A stretch of DNA of 64,000 nt from Phycisphaerae bacterium (GTDB taxonomy: Bacteria > Planctomycetota > Phycisphaerae > UBA1845 > Fen-1342): NCBI GenBank assembly GCA_963675745.2, contig CAXXWX010000001.1, positions 1 to 64,000 of the forward strand. Reading direction: 5' to 3'. The stretch's first letter is position 1. Each line of letters begins with the position of its first letter. The position numbers were made by a program, and so were the translations under genes. Below, in pieces: positions 58,295 to 64,000 of this stretch. The notes beneath the pieces are model-generated. The model saw nothing but the letters and a program-made list of their open reading frames with translations, was not told the DNA's origin and searched no databases.

Positions 58295-59335
58295 ATGATG
58301 TACACACTGTCGGGAAGAGTATCTGCCACAATCACCCTCACACTGCTCACACTCAGCGCTGCTCAGGTCGCGAGCGCGCAGGCACCGTTGATCATCGACC
58401 ACGATTGCTGCGATCTCAACCAGGTCCCGGCCTGGGCAATCGAACAGGCCAAGGCCACATACCGCCTCACCTACGGCCACACGTCGCACGGCAGCCAGAT
58501 CATCAGCGGGATGAACGAGTTCGACGACCCGGCCGGTTCGTTGTACTGGTGGGATCACGACGGCACGCTCGGCGGCTTGTCCCTTTGGGACTACACACCC
58601 AGCGGCGACCTGGGCCACAACGGCGACCTTACCTGGTACAACAGTACGCGGACAATGCTCGACAACCCGAGCAACAGCGACCGCAACATGGTCATGTGGT
58701 CATGGTGCGGCGGCGTTTCGGACAACACCGAAGCGGGTATAAACACCTATCTCAACGCGATGAATCAACTCGAGATCGACTACGAAGACGTGACTTTCAT
58801 CTACATGACCGGGCATCTTGACGGCGGCGGTGAAGAGGGCAACCTGCACATCCGCAACAACCAGATCCGCGCCTACTGCATCGCCAACAACAAGGTGCTC
58901 TTCGATTTCGCCGACATCGAGAGCTACGACCCCAACGGCAACTACTATGTCGATCTGTATGCCAACGATGAGTGCTACTACTGGATCGATGACACGCGAT
59001 ACAACTGGGCCGAGCAGTGGTGCGCCGCGCATCCGGGCGAATGCTCTTCGTGCTCCTGCGCCCATTCACGCTCGCTCAACTGCGATCGCAAGGGCCGCGC
59101 GTTCTGGTGGATGCTGGCCCGCCTGGCCGGCTGGCCCGGCCCGGCCACGGGTGACATGAACTGCGACGGCCTGGTCAACAACGGCGATGTCGACCCCTTT
59201 GTTCTGGCCATAACCGATCCCGCCGAATACACCGCGACCTATCCGGCGTGTGATATCACGCACGGCGACTGCAACGGCGACGGCTGGGTAAACAACGGCG
59301 ATATCGACGGGTTTGTTGAGTTGCTCGCGGGCTAG
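58295..59335 (+). CDS. Secreted putative hydrolase (possibly SGNH-like) with dockerin-like tail
   Basis: YGHTSHGSQI, WSWCG, YMTGH, RNNQIR, LFDFADIES, CAHS; AAGGAG RBS; fold assignment tentative. Confidence 0.75.
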   Translation: MMYTLSGRVSATITLTLLTLSAAQVASAQAPLIIDHDCCDLNQVPAWAIEQAKATYRLTYGHTSHGSQIISGMNEFDDPAGSLYWWDHDGTLGGLSLWDYTPSGDLGHNGDLTWYNSTRTMLDNPSNSDRNMVMWSWCGGVSDNTEAGINTYLNAMNQLEIDYEDVTFIYMTGHLDGGGEEGNLHIRNNQIRAYCIANNKVLFDFADIESYDPNGNYYVDLYANDECYYWIDDTRYNWAEQWCAAHPGECSSCSCAHSRSLNCDRKGRAFWWMLARLAGWPGPATGDMNCDGLVNNGDVDPFVLAITDPAEYTATYPACDITHGDCNGDGWVNNGDIDGFVELLAG

Positions 59336-59375
59336 CGAAGTCCGCACGCGCGCATCGGCCACTTGCGGTCCGATA

Positions 59376-59429
59376 CAGCTCATCAACAACGGTGACATTG
59401 CTAGTTTCATAACGCTGATAACAGGCTGA
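59376..59429 (+). pseudogene. Orphan remnant of a dockerin-like tail 3' end
   Basis: Translates QLINNGDIASFITLITG-stop, 40 nt after the previous gene's stop, with no start codon. Confidence 0.7.
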
Positions 59430-59675
59430 TGCGCCGATAATTCCGGCGGCACTCCTGCGCGACCGCCCATGCCTCGGCAACAGGGTCCCAGTGCGCAGGA
59501 ACTCACGCGGGCCCGTGGGCGAAATGCTGGGACCGGGCTGTCACGAGTGCTATGCTTGGGATATAGCGCGACGTATGCCGCCGCGATCCGATCGCCGATG
59601 CGCCTACCCGGATGGCCCGCATCCGGGCGGCGTCGGCCCATTCTGTTTCGTGCCGTGTTCGCAGGGAGAGAGTCC

Positions 59676-62498
59676 ATGTCACGCACAGTGTTGCTCAGCA
59701 CGCTTGTCGCGCTCATGTTCACAATGCCACTCGCGGCGCAAACCACGCTCTACGTCGATGCCGACGCGAATCAGCCCGCGGACGGTCAGAGCTGGTGCAG
59801 TGCATTTTTATCGCTTGACGCCGCCCTGGCCGTCGCCGGGGCGGACACGACGATCCGCGTGGCCAACGGTGTGTACCTCCCCGGCGTGCCGACGGACCCG
59901 AATGATCCGCGTACGGCGACGTTTGAACTGCTCAACGGCGTGACGATCGCCGGCGGTTACGCCGGCTGCGGGGCAGACGATCCGAATGCGCGCGATTTCG
60001 CGGCATATGAGACCATCCTCAGCGGCGACAGGAACGGCAACGACACTCCCAACGTCTTGGATAGCTACCTGGACAACTGCTACCACGTGGTCACCGCCGA
60101 CGGCACAGATGCAACCGCCGTCCTGGATGGAATCACAGTGTCCGGCGGATTCGCCAACGGCGACGCCCCGCGCAATCGCGGCGGCGGCCTGCTGAACCTC
60201 GCTGCCAGCCCGACACTGGCCAACTGCACGATCCGTGGGAACTTCGCCATCGGACTCGGCATCGGCGATGGCCATGGCGGTGGCATCTACAACCAAAGCG
60301 GCAGCCCGACGCTGACCGACTGCACGGTCGGTGAGAACCTGGCGTACAAAGAGGGTGGCGGAATGTGCAACGCGCCGGGGAGCAGCCCGACGTTCATCCA
60401 CTGCACGTTCAGCGGAAACGGCGGCTTCGAGCGCGGCGGCGGAATGCACAGCACGTCCAGCAACCTGACGTTGGTCGACTGCACCTTCTCCGCCAACCTG
60501 GCTGGAGTGCAGAGCGATCCCAACACAGGCGGCGCCGGGATGTACAGCGATCAGTGCGAGGCAACGCTGACCGGCTGCACCTTTAGCGACAACTCGGTCA
60601 ATACCGCTGTCGGCGGCGCGATGCGCAACGAAGACAGCAGCCCGGTACTGACCGATTGCACCTTCAGCGGAAACTCAGCCAGTGTTGGAGCCGGCATGTA
60701 CAACGTCGCCGGCAATCCGACGCTGACCAACTGCGCCTTCAACGGAAACTCGGGCGTTTACTTCGGCGGCGGCGTGTACAACAACGCCAGTAGTCCGACG
60801 TTGACCGACTGCACCTTTCACGCGAACACAGTGGGCCACGCGCTCGGCGCCAGCGGCGGCGGGATGTACAACATGCAGAGCAACCCGACGCTGACACGCT
60901 GCACCTTCTCCGAGAACCTTGTGACTGACGCGGGCTCTTTCGGCTACGGTGGCGGCGGGATGGCCAACATCGAGAGCGACCCGACGCTGACTGACTGCAC
61001 TTTCACCGGAAACGGCGTGCGCTACGCGACATTCTCGGGCAGCGGCGGCGGCGGGATGGCAAACCGGCAAAGCAACCCGACACTGCAATGCTGCACGTTC
61101 ATCGAGAACTACGCCATCGGCGGCATTGGCGATGGCGGTGGGATGGTCAACTTTGAAAGCGCCCCGCTGTTGGCAAGCTGCGCCTTCTATCAGAATTCGG
61201 TCGACACCAGCGTCGGCTATGGCGGCGGATTGTGCGACATCACCAGCGGCGCGACGCTGACAAACTGCACCTTCGCCGGAAACTCGGCCAGCCAGCAAGG
61301 CGGTGGAATGGCCTGTCACAGCGGGACAGGCTCCAGCGCGACGGTGGTCAACTGCACCTTCGTCGGAAACTCGTCCGACTCCGCCGGCAGCGGGATGTGG
61401 GCTCAGTACGGTGTGACTGTGGCCAACTGTATCTTCTGGGGCAACCACGACAACTATCAGATTCACGGCGCTGTCAACCTCGATGTGACGCACTGCTGCA
61501 TCCAGGCCAACCGCTATCCGGGAAACGGCAATATTGACGCAGACCCATTCTTCGTGGACGCCGACGGGTCGGACGACATCCTCGGCACGCCGGACGATGA
61601 CCTGCGTCTCCTGGGGCTTTTCTCGCCGTGCATCGATGCGGGCGACAACACCGCCGTGCCGGCGGATGCGTTCGACCTTGATGACGACGGTAACACGACC
61701 GAGCCGGTCCCGTTTGACTTCGACGGCGATCCGCGTTTCATCGATGAGCCGGAGCGGCCCGATACCGGCGTCGGAACGGCGCCGATCGTCGACATGGGCG
61801 CGCACGAGTACATACTCGACTGCAACGCCAACGGGTTGCACGACCCCGTCGAGTGCATTACCGGCGCCAGCTACGACCTGAACGGGAATCTGATCCCCGA
61901 CGAGTGCGAAGACTGCAACGGCAACGGGCTGCCCGACACGATCGACATCATGTTCGACATCAGCGGCGACTGTAACGGTAACTGGCTGCCCGACGAGTGC
62001 GACATCGCCGACGGCACCAGCCCCGATCTCGATGACGACGGCGTCCCCGACGAGTGCGGCGACTGCAACCTGAACGGCGTACCCGACTACGAGGATGTCG
62101 CCAGCGGCACCAGCTCCGACTGCAACGGCAACGGCATCCCCGACGAGTGCGACATCGACGCCGAAACCAGCCTCGACTGGGACGGCGACGGTGTGCCCGA
62201 CGATTGTCAGCCGGACTGCAACAATAACGGCCTGCCGGACGCTTATGACGTGCTCTACGGCCCCAGCACCGACCTCAACAACACGGGCATCCCCGACGAG
62301 TGCGAGCCCGGCGACTGCAACTGCGACGGCTGGGTGAACAACGGCGACATCGACGCCTTCGTCATGGCGATCAGCGCCCCGGACGACTACGCCGCGGCGT
62401 TCCCCACGTGCAGCATCACCTTCGCCGATTGCAACCACGACGGCTGGGCCAACAACGGCGACATCGACGCGTTTGTAGACCTTCTCACCGACCAATAA
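59676..62498 (+). CDS. Secreted right-handed beta-helix (pectin lyase-like/Pmp-like) protein with DCNxNGxPDxC repeats and dockerin-like tail
   Basis: TLYVDAD, many GGGMxN..S.PTLTDCTF..N coils, SPCIDAG, DMGAHEY, ~10 Ca-loop-like repeats, NNGDID x2. Confidence 0.9.
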   Translation: MSRTVLLSTLVALMFTMPLAAQTTLYVDADANQPADGQSWCSAFLSLDAALAVAGADTTIRVANGVYLPGVPTDPNDPRTATFELLNGVTIAGGYAGCGADDPNARDFAAYETILSGDRNGNDTPNVLDSYLDNCYHVVTADGTDATAVLDGITVSGGFANGDAPRNRGGGLLNLAASPTLANCTIRGNFAIGLGIGDGHGGGIYNQSGSPTLTDCTVGENLAYKEGGGMCNAPGSSPTFIHCTFSGNGGFERGGGMHSTSSNLTLVDCTFSANLAGVQSDPNTGGAGMYSDQCEATLTGCTFSDNSVNTAVGGAMRNEDSSPVLTDCTFSGNSASVGAGMYNVAGNPTLTNCAFNGNSGVYFGGGVYNNASSPTLTDCTFHANTVGHALGASGGGMYNMQSNPTLTRCTFSENLVTDAGSFGYGGGGMANIESDPTLTDCTFTGNGVRYATFSGSGGGGMANRQSNPTLQCCTFIENYAIGGIGDGGGMVNFESAPLLASCAFYQNSVDTSVGYGGGLCDITSGATLTNCTFAGNSASQQGGGMACHSGTGSSATVVNCTFVGNSSDSAGSGMWAQYGVTVANCIFWGNHDNYQIHGAVNLDVTHCCIQANRYPGNGNIDADPFFVDADGSDDILGTPDDDLRLLGLFSPCIDAGDNTAVPADAFDLDDDGNTTEPVPFDFDGDPRFIDEPERPDTGVGTAPIVDMGAHEYILDCNANGLHDPVECITGASYDLNGNLIPDECEDCNGNGLPDTIDIMFDISGDCNGNWLPDECDIADGTSPDLDDDGVPDECGDCNLNGVPDYEDVASGTSSDCNGNGIPDECDIDAETSLDWDGDGVPDDCQPDCNNNGLPDAYDVLYGPSTDLNNTGIPDECEPGDCNCDGWVNNGDIDAFVMAISAPDDYAAAFPTCSITFADCNHDGWANNGDIDAFVDLLTDQ

Positions 62499-62745
62499 CT
62501 CCGACCGTGCCGATGCCACGCGCGGACGCGGCGTCCAGGAAACAGCGTCGCGGGCCTCTGTCGCCGAATGCACGCTAGAATCAGGCTGCCGCAAATGTTA
62601 TTCTGGATCGTGGCGCGGCGTACACCAAGCCGAGCCTGCGTTACCAGCTTTCAGCACTTGGGCAGGCATCGCCCCCTGTCAGGGCGGACCGGCGGCTGGA
62701 CTGTCAATCACTGGGCTCCGCGGCAGGGGCAGAAAGAGGCATCCC

Positions 62746-64000
62746 GTGAAATACAAACGACTTACGGTCACTTTGCTCCCGGTTCTCGCGCTCGCGCTTC
62801 ACGTTGGCTGTAGTCAGCGCAACACGACGCCGGACGCGATTGAGCAATCAGACGTCCAGCATCACGAGACACGCGTAAATACGTTCGTTTACAACCGGCA
62901 AACCGAACCGACGCTTGATGTCGATGCGGACGGCAACGTCCTGGTCGTCTGGGGCAGCCGCCGACAGGAGCACGGGACCTTCGGCGTCTTTGCCCAGCGC
63001 TTCGACCCGCTCGGCCGCCCCCTGGGCAGCGAAATGCACGTCAATCAGACTGTGCGCGGAATGCAGGCCGACCCGGCGGTCGCATGTGAGCCCGACGGCA
63101 GCGCGTGGATCGCGTGGCGATCGGATCAGCAGGACGGCCAAGCCGGTAACATCGTGGCGCGGCGGTTCGGCATTGATGCCGACGGCGCGTTTGCACCGCT
63201 GACCGACGAAATCCCGGTCAACCAGACCCTCCGCGGCCACCAATCCGCGCCGAGTGTCACGGTGAACAACCGCGGCGACGCGCTCGTCGCCTGGGTTTCG
63301 GACCACGAGCAGCGCCCCGTGATAATGGCCCGCCGGCTCGATTCAGACGGCAATCCCGCCGGCGACGAGTTCCGCGTCGGCGAGGCGAGTGTCGGGAACG
63401 AATCGTGTGCGGCGGTGGTGGCTCTTGGAAACGGCGATTTTGTCGCGACCTGGGCGCGCACTGACGCCGACAATCGGCCCGCCTCAATCCATGCACGTCG
63501 CATCGCGGCCGGTGGCGAAGCGATCGGCCACGAATTCGCCGTCAATGATGGCGACGATGGCAACCATATCGAACCATCGATCGATGCCGCTGACGATGGG
63601 AGCTTCGTCGTCGCGTGGATGAGCTGGCAAGGTGAAAACTACGCGGTCAGCTATCGGCGTTTTGACAACAAGGGAAGACCAGCCGGGCCGGCGCGCGTGG
63701 CCGCCTGCGGACCGGAGTGGCGCAGTGGGGCCACGGTTGCCGTAGCCGGCGATGGCCGATTTGCGGTTGCTTACAACGTTGAGTCACCAACGACACCCGC
63801 CGACGCGACGGCGTTGCAGCGTCCAGCGCATCGCACGACTCCGTCCGAGATCATGGCCAGGCGGTTTGCCGCCGACGGAACGCCGCTCGGCGAGGAATTC
63901 CGCGTCAACCGCGTGACCGAAGGCCGGCAGGCCCTGATGATCGCGGCCTCCGGCCGGCAGGCTGTCTGGAGTGATCAGGATCAGCTCGCGGTGGTCTGGG
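62746..64000 (+). CDS. Lipoprotein with E(F)xVN...Q..P.VA...G..VVxW repeats (probable beta-propeller); truncated by the window end and not in the ORF track
   Basis: GTG after AGAGG: MKYKRLTVTLLPVLALALHVG-CSQ...ETRVNTF...Q.EP...GNVLVVW...FAQRFD...EMHVNQ... Confidence 0.8.
   Translation, partial: MKYKRLTVTLLPVLALALHVGCSQRNTTPDAIEQSDVQHHETRVNTFVYNRQTEPTLDVDADGNVLVVWGSRRQEHGTFGVFAQRFDPLGRPLGSEMHVNQTVRGMQADPAVACEPDGSAWIAWRSDQQDGQAGNIVARRFGIDADGAFAPLTDEIPVNQTLRGHQSAPSVTVNNRGDALVAWVSDHEQRPVIMARRLDSDGNPAGDEFRVGEASVGNESCAAVVALGNGDFVATWARTDADNRPASIHARRIAAGGEAIGHEFAVNDGDDGNHIEPSIDAADDGSFVVAWMSWQGENYAVSYRRFDNKGRPAGPARVAACGPEWRSGATVAVAGDGRFAVAYNVESPTTPADATALQRPAHRTTPSEIMARRFAADGTPLGEEFRVNRVTEGRQALMIAASGRQAVWSDQDQLAVVW

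Noticed and set aside
20148..62498. Diversity-generating retroelement (repeated AAC-rich 3' ends)
   Set aside because: No reverse transcriptase and no template/variable pair differing only at adenines; the AAC codons are the conserved positions.
43893..62498. Classical cellulosome
   Set aside because: No recognisable GH5/GH9/GH48 cellulases or multi-cohesin scaffoldin in the window.

Overview
High-GC bacterial DNA, most likely from a Planctomycetota (Phycisphaerae-like) genome. This is inferred from the protein families: a CxxCGYDLTGNVSGxCPECG membrane protein, Planctomycete-type Ser/Thr kinases and many Cys-containing dockerin-like tails. The first ~19.3 kb is mostly core-like. It holds a minus-strand Wzx/Wzy-type surface polysaccharide locus (wecB, ligase/polymerase, flippase, GT4, CapA-like, CapK-like, a frameshifted bi-domain oxidoreductase), then rex, a TPR protein, a frameshifted YidE/AspT transporter, aspS, two large nested palindromic REP-like elements and tRNA-Glu(CTC). 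The remaining ~45 kb is a secretome region in which 12 unrelated exported proteins end in the same two-repeat dockerin-like tail (GDxNCDGxxNNGDIDxFV...YPxC...DxNxDGxxNNGDIDxF). Two features stand out. (1) A Tat-exported group 1a-like [NiFe]-hydrogenase operon has no cytochrome b. It is translationally coupled to a chimeric CxxC(Omp28-like)/TSP3/dockerin-like/nine-heme cytochrome and to a monoheme dockerin protein. (2) A ~1420-aa dockerin-tailed protein carries 18 exact 20-aa His/Trp repeats (43 H-x4-[TS]-mostly-aromatic motifs in total). The window also has an RND pump pair, two tandem kinase-TPR paralogs, an S8 protease, a C45 peptidase, a BNR propeller and a beta-helix protein. All calls come from motif recognition by eye; no searches were run.
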